Shown here: positions 1 through 13,217 of the stretch, in pieces | Position numbering within the stretch: the first letter of the stretch is position 1 | How the letters are laid out: each line of letters starts with the position of its first letter | Source: Convolutriloba macropyga | Taxonomy: Eukaryota | NCBI RefSeq assembly: GCF_964194025.1 | Contig: NC_134471.1 | Location: forward strand, 61,628,001 to 61,692,000 | Length of the DNA stretch: 64,000 nucleotides | Reading direction: 5' to 3' | The notes under the pieces: model-generated | Seen by the model: the letters and a program-made list of their open reading frames with translations, nothing else | Told to the model about the DNA's origin: nothing | Database searches by the model: none | Position numbers and translations under genes: made by a program

Positions 1-364
1 CGTCACGATTATGTAGACGAGTTTCTGATAATTATTTCATCATTATTTCAAAGTGTAGTTAAGTTTCTACTGTTTCATAGATTCGAATCAAAGTTTCGAA
101 GTGTTAAAATATCCTGGCTGCTTTCTAGTAGTCGAGGTCGAGCGATTTGATTTTTGTACTCGCTCTCGAATGAAATTGGAATTTATTGTAATAGTCTTTT
201 TGAATTGACTTCTTGAGTTTTGCGTTATCTCAATAGCTCTTATTCAAAAGTCAAGCCGCTAAATGACTACGCGGTAGTTTACTACTAAAAGTGCACCGAA
301 ATTGGTTTCATATCTCCTTCGAAATTTAATATCTTTAGTATGCGGTTTACTTTTTATGTGTAAT

Positions 365-834
365 AAATAGCCGCCCTCGTCTTCTTAGCAGGCTGTTATT
401 GTGTTCCTATTACTTTTCGTCGAATTGAAATTTGTTCCGGTTTTCCTCGTTTTGCCACTTCTTCGACATTTTGCATGAAATCTTTTTGACATGCTAGTAA
501 TACAGTAGTTGCTCAGCAAACAATCTAAAATGAACAGAATCATAAAAACGAAATCAAAAGTACAAAGGGGATTAACTCATCCCAATTTAAGATGACCGCT
601 ACTTTAACTTTGTTCCTATAAATCTTAGTTACCATGTCTAATGCTTATTATTATTATTGATACTACCCCCGTACCCTCTCATTAAGAAGCAGGGGATGTC
701 TAACAACGAAATGAAATCAAAATAGTTCGAACTTTAAATGTTGCTTTTGTACATCATTTTTCTGTTCTTTAATTTCTAATCGCGATTATGGGAATAAATG
801 GCGGCTATTTTCCGGCAATCTGCGGTGAATGTTT
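365..834 (+). mobile_element. Helentron/DINE-like non-autonomous element, family A (short, decayed)
   Basis: 5' aatagccg...ggctgttatt; 3' cggctatt followed by ccggcaatctgcgg stem-loop and atgttt. Confidence 0.65.
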
Positions 835-1123
835 ATTAATTGCTCTCGAACGAATTTTGCAGCAATTAATGTCAGACTGACATCCTGTAGGTCCGGGGAT
901 TCAAACCCTATGAGTAATCGAAACTAGTCGTCTTACGTTTTGAGGATTTCAATATAGAATAATGGGATGTTTGTCACACGAGCCAACTTATATAAATGCA
1001 GCTCAATAAATTTGAAGATTTGACTGTTGAAGTGAATTGAAACAAAGTCTTGAAATAGTTTTTTTTGTGATGAATTGTTCTTAGGATCTTGCAATGCCGT
1101 TTGTATACGTATTTAAATAGTGT

Positions 1124-1981
1124 TTAATAGCCGATAGCTGAGGCTAATGTTGGCCTTCTCTTGGGTTTTTTTTACAATTCGAGGAGTTTGAATTGTATTG
1201 GGGCGCTGTCTTTTTTTTACGATCTGTTCACACATTTTCATGACATTGAAGTCAAATTGGTGCAAATTGGAGCAAATTGTTTTGCGGCGTGAAATTTTTT
1301 CACTCTAATTTTAAAGTAGAATATGAAATCGGTGTTTGAACAAAGATTCGATTTCTCGCTGGTGGTTTTTTTGTTCACATGCGGCATTTTGACTTTGATT
1401 TTCTGTTTTTTTTTTTGTTTCATCTGATTTTTTGAAATGGTTTTACCAATTCACTCAAAGTGCATTCTAGGTCTAGTATTTCGTTTAGCCAATGAAAATT
1501 CTTTGAATCGTACCTCAGGACTCGTCCTGCTATATTTTATTTTTCATCAAGATTTTGTTGCGAACAAATGACGTCACAATCACTTCAAGTCTGCTTTTTA
1601 TTCATTCGTTCATGCAATTTCAATTGAAGTGCGGGCGTGATGTCATTTCTCACTGTTAGTGTGGGAAATTTTTCACATTTATTTGGCGTGATTAAGTTTT
1701 TGGTCACACGTGACTCTCAAAAATAATTTCCTCACTCTAAAATTGGCTTTACGTTTCTCTACTTTACGTTTCTCTACTTTACGTTTCTCTACTTTAATTC
1801 AAAGAGATAAGGTCAAGTGAGTGTGTCACTCTAATTGAAGGTTATTTGAGAGCAGTGAATAGAGGTAGCATTAGGATAAACAATTTTTTAATTAAAAAAT
1901 ATAACATCTCATCTGCTTTTTGAGATCGCACATCTACGAAGCTATTGCGGTTGTTTTCTGGCAATCTGCCAGCTATGTTTT
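1124..1981 (+). mobile_element. Helentron/DINE-like element, family A
   Basis: 5' taatagccgatagctgaggcta; 3' gcggttgttttCTGGCAatcTGCCAGctatgttt; internal homology to 11060-11944. Confidence 0.75.
1747..1796. repeat. 15-bp tandem repeat (actttacgtttctct) x ~3.3 inside a family A element
   Basis: Direct reading. Confidence 0.9.
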
Positions 1982-2174
1982 AAATGTGCTAAGATTGCAC
2001 AATGATGCCATACTGGATGACGGGTTCACATAAATTTAAACTAAAGAATTGGCTGAACTAATCATTTGGCTGAAAACGGTGGTGACTAGCATGCCTTTTC
2101 AATATAACTAGTGGTAATACTACAGCAGCTTTTTGAAAACCGAAGGGTGTTGATTAAATTCTATTTTAGATGAG

Positions 2175-2375
2175 ATGAGGCTGCGAATAAAAGCGTTTTC
2201 TATGAAATTGATACGAGATTCAACCTTGGTGTTTCTATCTGGCTTTGCCCTAACTGATATTGTCTGGCACAAAGTTGCTTTCTTTGAAAAGTGCAGCGGA
2301 CATTGTATGGAACCAACTATTCGTGATGGAGATTACGTTGTTGTCTACAGAATTGCAGATCCCTTTAATTTGAAA
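2175..2375 (+). CDS. IMMP1L: Mitochondrial inner membrane peptidase subunit 1 (S26 family), exon 1 of 2
   Basis: MRLRIK...hydrophobic segment...CSGHCMEPTIRDGDYVVV matches the IMP1 box CSGPSMEPT; ends AAA|GTAAGT (phase 0 donor at 2376). Confidence 0.9.
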
Positions 2376-3770
2376 GTAAGTTTAACAAAGTGTATAAGAA
2401 GTTGGTTCCTTTGAACGTAAACGATTCGTTTTGTGAGACTTCGTGCAAAATACAAGTGTTGCACTGGTGATGTTTCGTAATGAGTTTTACCATGTGGGTT
2501 TAATTGCCATCGAAAAGTTATATAGCTCTGAAGCGAAGCCGAGATGGCCTAATAACATCAAAAAAAGTGGTGAGAACTGTGTGGTATTGTTTTGAATCAA
2601 CTTTTGTTCCGGTAATAACAGTTTGGTTTCATCAGGTTTTTACACCGTCCTTTTGTAATCGGGAAGCAAATTTCGGCACTCTTTTCTGGTCACAATTGCG
2701 GCTTGTTCTGGTCTAATTGCAAGAGAGATTTTCCTTTTGTTCTGTAATCTTAAACACAATTAATTCACCCCAAAAAGTTATCAACAAGGTTTTTTGTGCT
2801 TCTGTGACTCTTTTTCCTTCGTTATGTTCGTTTTGCATAATAATTTTGCACTGATATATGAAGTAATTATGATAAATGCATTTCTTACTTTCATCAAATA
2901 TTGCGATAGGTGGATGAAATTTAATTTTACAACTCAAAATTTATAGTTTTAAGACACACTAATTCATAATGTTAATAAAATTTAACTGAATGTTAAAAAT
3001 ACATTAAATTGTTATGCAACATAAACTATCAACCCTCAGTAAAGACAAGAAACGCGATGCACTTGAAGGGTTTGTTGTTTACTCGAAATTAAGACCATCT
3101 AATAGTTTTTAATCATTTTAAGAGAGCATTACTTCTGACACTGATATCATTTTAAAACAACATCAAAAAAGCTATCGCAGAAAAAAAGAGAAAAATTGAG
3201 ATTTGGAATTTAAAATGGACGTCTAAAATCCTGTGAAGAAAATTGTCGTCTTCTGAATTTCTGCAAGGCTCAACAGTGAGGGGACTCTGTCGCCCAGAAG
3301 ATCGATCAAATAAAATAAACCAAAGGTTTTGAATTGGCGAAGCAAGCGTTACTTTGTTACTCTTCTACTTCCCCTCATCCACTCTTGTATGCTGTTGCAA
3401 ATTAGATTGCCTTAAAATAAGTTAATTCACAATGGGGCTCGTAATATCAATTCTAGTTATTTGGATAAAGAGGTAGGAGAATTACTTGCACATCAATGAA
3501 AAAGACAAATTCAAGACAATTTATAATAGTAACTACAATAATAATACCAATATCCGTGGTTCACTTCCCAAATGAACTAAATCAAAACAACTCACAGTAT
3601 CCCAACTGGTCTTGCAATTACAAACTTCCAGAGTTCAGTCTCACTAAACTCTCAGTCTCCTCTCTGCTTTTCACGCTAGCTTCTAAAGTTTAGTCCCACT
3701 AAACCAACTGCTTTTTCTCACTTGTGCAAATCCAAACGCCTGAAGTTCTCACAAAAACCTCCAAGGTCTG

Positions 3771-3771
<1 letters not shown>

Positions 3772-3805
<34 letters not shown>
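3772..3805. repeat. (CT)17 microsatellite
   Basis: Direct reading. Confidence 0.97.
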
Positions 3806-3807
<2 letters not shown>

Positions 3808-6800
3808 GTGTCACTTCAATTTATACTCAACCAATACGCTCTTATCTTAAGCAAACAAACCTTAATCTCTTAAGTAAACATTGCAACTTACACTTGAAAT
3901 CTGTCACATTCAGTAGGAGGGCTTTGTTTGCTATGCAAACAAACCAAAATTAAATTATGCTCTGTCATTCAACTGCTACCAACCATTGTTCAACTTTCTC
4001 CTTATCTTAAGTACACGACCTTTGGACTCTTATGTAAACAAACCCATTTCGCTTTTTCTCAAATATGCACTTGACATTTCAATCAATGTTTGCTTAGTAA
4101 ACATTGAACGTTGCTCTGAAAAGTTCTTATTCCTCTATTTCCTCTATCAAATGAACTAGCTGTAATAAATCACTTTCAAACATCGTGTATTGATTAAATA
4201 ACTAAACTCAACCCCAAAAGCTAAGAGCAATTGTTATTTCCAATCGTGAAACCATTTTATGCAATTCACCAGTTAAAAACTGCACAAAGGCTAATATTTC
4301 TAAAAGCCCAAAAGTTGAACTCTAGGGGTCATTCAAATGTCACCCCTTCAAATTAGGGGTCAAGTTGATAAAAACTAACTATTGTCATGAAAAGCCCTCT
4401 CACATTTGCACCTACCCGCAAAATTTCATAGCCTAACTCACGAGCAATGACCGCGCACACTTTTCATTGACCTCCCGGATGCCCCCTATAATTCGAGACA
4501 TAGTGGTCAAAACGTCTTCGGGTAAAAACTTCTAGTAACTATAGGGTGCCACCAACTTGCCTGCCACGTTCATGACCAACGGATCAGCCCTTGCGAGTCG
4601 TTTGCAATTTCAAAATTTTTTAAGGAGTCGTGGGTGCCGAAACCTGAAAAATCTGAGTTCGTCAAAACTGACCGGGGTGGTTATTTTTAGTCACTAACTG
4701 TCTCAGGTTATCATATTAATACCATTTCAAAGTCATTCAGCCGCTCAAAAAGGTCAATTTCCGGTTTTTGGCACTCGGATTAACCCGAAGCACCAACTTC
4801 CGGTCGGAATCTGGGATTGAAAATATCACCAATCGAAAGCCCTTGAAAAGTTACACTAACCCTCAAAAAATCATAAGGCTAATACCAAGACTCCACGAGC
4901 AATTCAAATTTTACGTTCCGCAGCACGGGCGTGCACTAGTTCCGTGAAGGTTGGTGTGGGGTCAGATCTGACATTAAAATTGGATTCCTCGTACCCAATT
5001 TAGTCTATCCCCAAAATTTCAGCTTAATCCGACTCCAACTTTTTGAGAAAAACCAATTTCAATTTAGGTGTTAACTACATTCCTGTTATAATTACCAATA
5101 TACTCAAAAATCGCCATTTTACATCCTAAACCCTTCCCAAGATCATGCAAAAACCTTAATTCATACATGCATGCCATTATGACTGATTAATCCCATTATT
5201 TCTTACTCAACAGTCATATTTCACAGTAAAATACCTAAAAACCTTCAAATCACGCTACTTCCGGTGTTAATAACTGGGGGGTGGGTGGTCGGATTCGCCT
5301 GAAAATTATACTCGCAATAGAGGACCATTAGTTGTTCCTCCCATCATTGACCTGTTATCAACCGATAACTCCTTCCCATCCCAGGGGAGGTCGGACAACT
5401 TTTTACCCGAGGGTATTTGGAAAGACTGATAAATTGTCTTTTCTTGCTTCCAAATGCAAATAATTTTCTCCCACAACCTTCTAAACCATTCCCATGATCA
5501 ACCAATACATTGCTGCACAAGTACATGTTGGTACGACTGGTTTATAGCGTTATTTCATCCATAAACTATCAAATTTATACGGCAAAATATTAAAAATCTT
5601 CGAATAACACCACTTCCCGTGCTAATGAATCAGATCGGAAAAAGTATAACCGGCCCTTCATCCCTATTATATATGGACAATCATCAGAGGAAATTCCCCA
5701 CAAAATTTCAAAATCCAATGACGAATAAAACTTACAGAGTTGAGGGTACAAGGTTTGGGGATGCCCATTATTTTGTAAATTCGAAATCACACTTTTAGTT
5801 ACTTCAAATTGAAGTTCCAATTCTGTTCAAAGAATCTAGTTCACTTCTAATCTTAGTTGTCGCTCTCTAGTTTACTTCTAAACTTAAATCACTCATTTCG
5901 ACTTTGGCCTGATGCAGAAATACGACTTTGCTAAGTAAACGAAATATCGACAGCTCAATATGCCTTTGTTCATCAATTTGTTTGTTTAAGATATATCACT
6001 CAACTCTCCTCTCTGGCGCCTTCGCAACAATAACCCTTTAAGAAAGAACGCTTACTTCAAACACCTACTTAATTTTTGTCAGTTGACCTAAATGATCAAT
6101 TTACAATGTCTGGTAACAACAATTCCCTGCATCCTACAAAAATATTTATTAAAAATGAGTTTGCCTTTCAACTTGTTGCCGCAAGCAAATTTGCAGAAAT
6201 TATGTAAGTTTTTATAGAGAATCTTAAAAAATCTTTTTTGTTCGCTATATTGTGAAATGGTTTTATTCCGGAATAAGTAATTTTAATTTGATGATATTTG
6301 ACATCCAATATAACATTGACTTCAATGAACGGGGGTGATGTCCTGACCCAATTAAACCATTCAGATACGACTATGGACAATTAGAAGCTTCTGCGGTAAA
6401 CAGAGTAGCACTCCTCTCAGTCGGATAAGAATCAATCAGTTCTGCAAATGGATGTTCGGTCATGTCAAATGTTGCTGATTTGCCGATGCTATCACTTAGT
6501 GCTCTTGGTCTCCCGCTAGCTTTCTCTATGTTACTGTAGGCTATCTAATAGTTTAATTTTTGAAGTTTTCATATTTTTGTTAAGCTTTTCCGGGTCCGAC
6601 GTTTGAGGCAAAAAGTTCTGATTTCTGCTGAGTTTAGTTCTGAGTTGTTTTACAGTGCTCTATGAAGCCAACTGCATAACCTAGTGATAGTATTAACAGC
6701 TCAGTTTTTGAAATTTTACATTCTGCAATTTTTTCCTGTTCCACATTTATCAGTCAATTAAGAGCTAGAGGCTTGGTACTTTCGGAATTGAATAATGGAA

Positions 6801-7009
6801 ACTTTGAAGTATTGGTCCTTTTCATACAAGAAAAATGATAACACATATTAGCATTGCTATTTTGCAAGGCAAAATTTGCTTTGGTTGTCGCAAAGTTATG
6901 TTCAAAAAGAATCAGGTTAAGTTTTCCTTGAATGCTAGTATTTTAGAAATCAAATCTGAAAACGTGTGTCATCGCTGGGTTTCTTTTTTAAATCAGAATC
7001 TTTTTTATT

Positions 7010-8350
7010 TACAGCTGCCATCAGCCTCTGAGCGGGCTATTATAGCGCTCCTATTACAATTCAAAGAAATTGAATTATTGTGGCGCTGTCTTTTTACGGC
7101 CCGAAGAGGAGTATTGGAGAAGTCCTTTTTTAAAATCAATTTTATTGGATTGATTTTTGAAGCGAGAAATGAAAAACTGAAAAGTTTTGGAGTGATTTTG
7201 TTGTTGAAAAAAAAGAAGAGTGGAGCGAAAAGAGAGCGGTTTTTTGTTCATATCTCAGTCTTCTAGAGAGCGAAAAGAATTTTTGCTCACGTGCGGCATT
7301 TTAAAGCAGTTTTTTTTCATTTTTTGGTTGAGGTTTCGTTATGATTTTGTTTTAATTTTAGGCTGGCTTTTGTAGTGGTTTGAGGGTTTCTGGAAATTCA
7401 TATGATTTTTATGCTAAATCGGAGGTTTTTCAGGTATTTTGCTGATTTTCGGGCTAATTTGCCCTTCTACCTGAGCAAATTGTAGATAACAATTAGTTAC
7501 AGTTTTGTGGTTATAAATCATTTTTTTGTTGAGAAATATGACAAAAAATGGCGAACATTGGAACTATTTTTCTCAATTTTTTGTAGTTATTCGTTTTTAG
7601 ACAATTTTCTTTGCCTTTTATGACTTGTCTATTGTTTTGCGAGCATCTTGATAACCCATTGGCTGAAAGGAATATTTCTTTGGATTTGTGTTCTTTTTTT
7701 ATATTTAAAAATTTACTAACTTTTTCCAGTCTTTTAGTGCAAGTTGTTTTTAAGAGCTTTTTTTTCATAACTTGGTCTCAAGTATTTTGGTCTCAAGTAA
7801 GATCTGTTCGCACTTTTTCCTGGTTTTTGGAGTTAAATTTGAGTAGTGATTTTGGTCACGCTGAAACAGGAAGTGGAGCGAAAAACCGAGTGGTTTTGCG
7901 GAGTGGATTTTTTAACTCAATTTTTAAAGTAGAGTGAGAAAACGGTGTTTTAACAAAATTCTCTTTCTCGCTAGTGGTTTTTGTTCACATGCGGCAATTT
8001 TACTTTGAATTTTACTGTTTTTTTTCACTTTTTTGGATCGGAATTTTTTAAAATTGGTTTTCCCATTCCTTTCATAGTTCATTCTAGACCTAGTTTTTAT
8101 TGTACCAATTGGTCATTTGTCGCTAGTGGTTTTTTGTTAAAATGAGGCATTTTGACACTGAGTTTTTTAATATGTTGATCTGATTTTTTCGATAAACGGT
8201 TACTGCTATGTTTTTTTTACTTCATCGTTCTAATTTTATTTTGGTTTACCTTCTTTCACAGCTTTTTCAACATTCTTCTTGAAATCTTTTAGACTTCTCT
8301 AGGCTAGTTCCACTCTACTCTCATTCTGCCAAAATTGTTTGTAGACAGCA
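7010..8350 (+). repeat. Decayed family A fragments
   Basis: gggctattatagcgctcc...caattcaaagaa..ggcgctgtc 5' block and tagtgattttggtcacgc...ggaagtggagcgaaaa body; no intact 3' end. Confidence 0.6.
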
Positions 8351-8745
8351 ATAAAAATCAGTAATATAATCACTAAAACGTCTTTGAGACAACTATTGGT
8401 GACTTGGTTTAGTTGTAGTTTTTGGAAATTAGTTTTTTTTGGGTTCTACTTTTTACGCCGATTTATTTAACCCCTGTATTATAACACCGTTTAGACTCTG
8501 TCATTATACGCTGCATAATAACCCCCTGCCATTTGACCCTGCAATTTTTTCACCTCGAATTCAATATGAATCTCGTCTAATTCGGCGTACAAATGAACAA
8601 TTAAAAGGACTTAGAAACTACTTCTCTTCAAGAGTGTAGCTGTAAACAGCATGATTTTGTTTTTGAAAGCGCATGGTATTGAGACTGTTTTTCAGACGCA
8701 ATAATTCGCTAAAGGTTAAAATTTTGCTTTTAGTCTTTTATTTAT

Positions 8746-9830
8746 TAATAGCCGACTCAGCTTCTCAGCCGGCTATTATAGCCTTCCTATTTTTCTCAAT
8801 TCAAAAAATTTGAATTGTATTCGGGCGCTGTCTTTTTTTAAGATCTATTAACTCATTTTCATGAATTTTGTAGTCAAATTGGATTAGTGATTTTGGTCAC
8901 GCCGAAACTGGAAGTGGAGCGAAAAAGCGGGCGTTTTTGCTGCGTGAAATTTTTTGCTCTGATTTTAAAGAAGACTGAGAAAACGGTGTTTGAACAAACA
9001 TTCGCTTTCTCGGTAGTGATCTTTTATTCACATGCGGCAATTTCACTTTGATTTGTACTATTTTTTTCAATTTTTTGGATCAATTTTTCTTTTTAATGGT
9101 CTTCCCATTCAATTCATAGTTCATTCCGGGCCTTGTCTTTTTGTTTGAACCAATTTTCCATTTGTCGCATGTGGTTTTTTGGTCACATGCGGCATTTTAA
9201 CACGGATTTTCTGTTTTTTTTTACTTTTTAATCTAATTTTTTTGAAAATGGTTTTTTCATTTCACTCATAGTCCGTTCTAGATCTAGTTTTTTTGTTAAG
9301 TCAATCAAAATTCTTCGAATTTTTTGTCAGGACTTGTCCTGCTATGTTTTGTTTTACTTCGTTGAATAAAATATTTTCGCTTTACATTAGTTCACAGGTT
9401 GTTCAACATTTTGCGTGAAATGTTTTTCCCTTCTAGGCTACTTTCATTCTTCTCATTCTGCTAAAACAGCAGTGTTTTTAGACAGCAGTTCCGCAACAAA
9501 ACAATACAAATTGAACAGGTCAGCCTTAAAAAACGAAATCGGGAATAGAAACGGGATAAACTCATAAAGCCCATTTTTAGATGCCCGTAGCTCGAACTTT
9601 GTTCTTAGTTACCAACTCTAATGCCTATTGGTATTGATACTAGCCCTTGTGTCGTCTCATTCCAAAACAAGAGTATATTCAGCTCCAAATTGACATTAAA
9701 ATAGTTTGCACTTTAAAATTTCTTGTGTACAAAAATTATTTTTTTCAATAGTTTTTCTCTTCTTTCAATCCCGATCTTGGTTATGGGAATCAACAGCGGC
9801 TATTTTCCGGAAATCTGCCGGGTATGTTTT
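8746..9830 (+). mobile_element. Helentron/DINE-like element, family A
   Basis: 5' hairpin taatagccg...cggctatta; 3' gcggctattttccggaaatctgccgggtatgtttt. Confidence 0.8.
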
Positions 9831-11226
9831 CTAAGCCATGAATAATAGTTTCAAAAATTGATTTTTGTTGCACTGAGCCATGCTGAATTATGCTTTTTTT
9901 TAATAGCCGCACAGCGATAGCTGGGGCTATTATTGGCCTTCTCTTGGTTTTTTACAATTCAAAGAATTTGAATTGTATTGGGGCGCTGTCTTTTTTTAAG
10001 ATCTGTTCACACATTTTCGTGATTTTTGAAGTCAAATTGGAGTAGTGATTTTGGTCACGCCGAAACTGGAAGTGGAGCGAAAAAGCGGGCGTTTTTGCTG
10101 CGTGAAATTTTTTGCTCTGATTTTAAAGAAGACTGAGAAAACGGTGTTTGAACAAACATTCGCTTTCTCGGTAGTGATCTTTTGTTCACATGCGGCAATT
10201 TCACTTTGATTTGTACTATTTTTTTCAATTTTTTGGATCAATTTTTCTTTTTAATGGTCTTCCCATTCAATTCATAGTTCATTCCGGGCCTTGTCTTTTT
10301 GTTTGAACCAATTTTCCATTTGTCGCATGTGGTTTTTTGGTCACATGCGGCATTTTAACACGGATTTTCTGTTTTTTTTTTACTTTTTAATCTAATTTTT
10401 TTGAAAATGGTTTTTTCATTTCACTCATAGTCCGTTCTAGATCTAGTTTTTTTGTTAAGTCAATCAAAATTCTTCGAATTGTTTGTCAGGACTTGTCCTG
10501 CTATGTTTTGTTTTACTTCGTTGAATAAAATATTTTCGCTTTACATTAGTTCACAGGTTGTTCAACATTTTGCGTGAAATGTTTTTCCCTTCTAGGCTAC
10601 TTTCATTCTTCTCATTCTGCTAAAACAGCAGTGTTTTTAGACAGCAGTTCCGCAACAAAACAATACAAATTGAACAGGTCAGCCTTAAAAAACGAAATCG
10701 GGAATAGAAACGGGATAAACCCATAAAGCCCAATTTTAGATGCCCGTAGCTCGAACTTTGTTCTTAGTTACCAATTCTAATGCCTATTGGTATTGATACT
10801 AGCCCTTGTGTCGTCTCATTCCGAAACAAGAGTATATTCAGCTCCAAATTGACATTAAAATAGTTTGCACTTTAAAATTTCTTGTGTACAAAAATCATTT
10901 TTTTCATTAGTTTTTCTCTTCTTTCAATCCCGATCTTGGTTATGGGAATCAACAGCGGCTATTTTCCGGAAATCTGCCGGGTATGTTTTCTAAGCCATGA
11001 ATAATAGTTTCAAAAATTGATTTTTGTTGCACTGAGCCATGCTGAATTATGCTTTTTTTTAATAGCCGCACAGCGATAGCTGGGGCTATTATTGGCCTTC
11101 TCTTGGTTTTTTACAATTCAAAGAATTTGAATTGTATTGGGGCGCTGTCTTTTTTTTAAGATCTGTTCACACATTTTCGTGATTTTTGAAGTCAAATTGG
11201 AGTAGTGATTTTGGTCACGCCGAAAC
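8885..11226. repeat. Tandem duplication, period ~1159 bp
   Basis: 8885-10066 nearly identical to 10043-11226. Confidence 0.93.
9901..10989 (+). mobile_element. Helentron/DINE-like element, family A (chimeric copy)
   Basis: 5' about 165 bp match the 11060 element; the remainder matches the 8746 element. Confidence 0.8.
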
Positions 11227-11944
11227 AGGAAGTGGAGCGAAAAGGCGAGTGGTTTTGCGACGTGAAATTTTTTCGCTCTAAATTTAAAGTAGAGTGAGAA
11301 AACGGTGTTTGAACAAAAATTCGCTTTCTCGCTAGTGGTTTTTTGTTCACATGCGGCAATTTCACTTTTTTACTGTTTTTTCAATATTTTGGATCGGATT
11401 TTTTTTCTAAATGGTTTTTCCGATCCATTCATTGTCCGTTCAAGGTCAAGTTTTCTGTTTAGTCAGTGAAAATTCTTTGAATTGTCCTGCTATGTTTTTT
11501 TATTTCGTCGTCATGATTTTTGTTACGACCATATGACGTCACAGCCACTTTTTGTTCATTCGTTCATGCAATTTCAACTGAATTGCATGTGTGACGTCAT
11601 TTTTCGCTCTTAGTGGAGCGAGTTCCTTTGTTCATGCGCGTGATTAAATTTTTGGTCACACTTGACTTTTCTCACTCTCAAAAATGACTTCCTCACTTTG
11701 AAATTGACTTATTTACTTTAATTCAAAGAGATGAGGTCAAATGGGTGTGTGTCACTCTAAATGAAGGTTATTTGAGATCAGCTAATAGAGGCAGCAATAC
11801 CTTTACAGATTTTTAATCAAAATATAACAGATCAGCCTTCAATGAAAAGACGAATTTTTTTGGTCTGTCTTTTTTACTGTTTTTTTTAGACTGCCGATCT
11901 ACGAATCTATTGCGGCTATTTTCTGGCAATCGGCCAGCTATGTT
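11060..11944 (+). mobile_element. Helentron/DINE-like element, family A
   Basis: T-tract then aatagccgcacagcgatagctggggctatt; 3' gcggctattttctggcaatcggccagctatgtt. Confidence 0.8.
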
Positions 11945-12444
11945 AATTTATTGAGTTTGGTTTATTTTTTTATTTTTGTTATTAATTTTTCTTGATCTGT
12001 AACGCCTCTATCTATAATTATAGAGCAGAAGAGCACACGGGCTTCAATAATTTAGTCAGATCATAAAGGTTTCATTTTTCAAAACGTTTTAGTTATTTGT
12101 CAATGGTGCTCAGGACATAATCCATGCAGGAATTGTAGCTCTGCTATTTTTATCTTGAGTTTTATCATTTTGTGTGACATACAGACCTACTTGAATCGTG
12201 TTGATTTTGCTGGTCTGTAAGTTTGTGAATCATTTAATGGAACTCCGCTGAATTTTATCGGATTTGTGATTCTCATCGGTTTGTTTTGTGATCGTCCTCA
12301 TTTTGATCATTCAATTTGAGAGGCTCAAGGTGGAGCCCAAAGTGTACTCAATATAAAGTATTAAAAGCTTTTCTTTTATTAAAAGCTTTTCTTAAAAGCC
12401 CAAAAGTCTGGTCCAAACAATTGAGGTGCTAACTAATGTTTTAG

Positions 12445-12738
12445 GGAGGTGAAATTGTGGTGTTTACAGACCCTGAGTTCCCGAAAGAGCAGTCATGCAA
12501 ACGAGTTATTGAAAATGGCCTCATTAACAAAAACCGTCTCTCCAAATTACATTTCGATTACTGGGATCAATTGAAAGCGTGGAAAATTAAACTCAACTCT
12601 GGCTACGTTTGGGTTGAAGGTGACAATTCTTTGAACTCTGTCGATTCTAGACATTACGGTCCAATTCCAAGAAATCTGATTGAAGGAAAAGTTGTTTGCC
12701 GATTCGCTCCGAAGTTCTGGAGTTTTCAGTTTTTGTGA
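12445..12738 (+). CDS. IMMP1L: Mitochondrial inner membrane peptidase subunit 1, exon 2 of 2 (joined protein 164 aa)
   Basis: Acceptor ctaatgttttag|GGA, phase 0. GGEIVVFTDP...SCKRVI (catalytic Lys86) and VWVEGDNSLNSVDSRHYGPIP are IMP1-type motifs (IMP2 has GDH..HSFDSN.FGPV). Stop TGA at 12736-12738. Confidence 0.9.
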   Translation, partial: GGEIVVFTDPEFPKEQSCKRVIENGLINKNRLSKLHFDYWDQLKAWKIKLNSGYVWVEGDNSLNSVDSRHYGPIPRNLIEGKVVCRFAPKFWSFQFL

Positions 12739-13217
12739 AAAATTATAATGAAGGTGATACTTTGAGAGATCACTAGACGTTTCGTTCAAGACAAAAACTT
12801 GAACGCTATTTCATGTCGTCTGTGTTAATTCAATAGACACAATTAGTGAGATCCTGCATTACGGCAGTCAACCGACGAATTTTTCAGCAGAGTAGAATGA
12901 ATGAAAACCTTATGTTCGAGGTGGAAAGTTTCCCGAAGATTCACTTGGTTGCAGTTTAACCTCGATATACAAAGCAAAAATGGAATCCTGGTATTTGTAG
13001 TGGAATCCGAAGGCCTATTCTTCACGCATTAAAGCTGGCGAATTTGATGTCTTTTTAACCTGAGCACGTATTTTGCATCGTTTCATTTCTTTCTAGGCCA
13101 TGTTATCATCAGGATTTCTTATTGTGCTTAAAATTTCAACGTTTTAGATGACGAAAAGAGTTTTATGATTTGAAAATGACAACGAATTATAATTTTTAAA
13201 CCATTTTTTCAGATGGA

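Noticed and set aside
4300-5405. Minus-strand family B-like element (gtcggacaa end near 5390-5404)
   Set aside because: Only one end resembles family B; no matching 3' end found.
6835-7937. ORFs of 85-143 aa rich in F/L/K
   Set aside because: They lie in T-rich family A repeat DNA and have no recognisable motifs; the same applies to ORFs at 14449-14891, 49544-50138 and 54834-55122.
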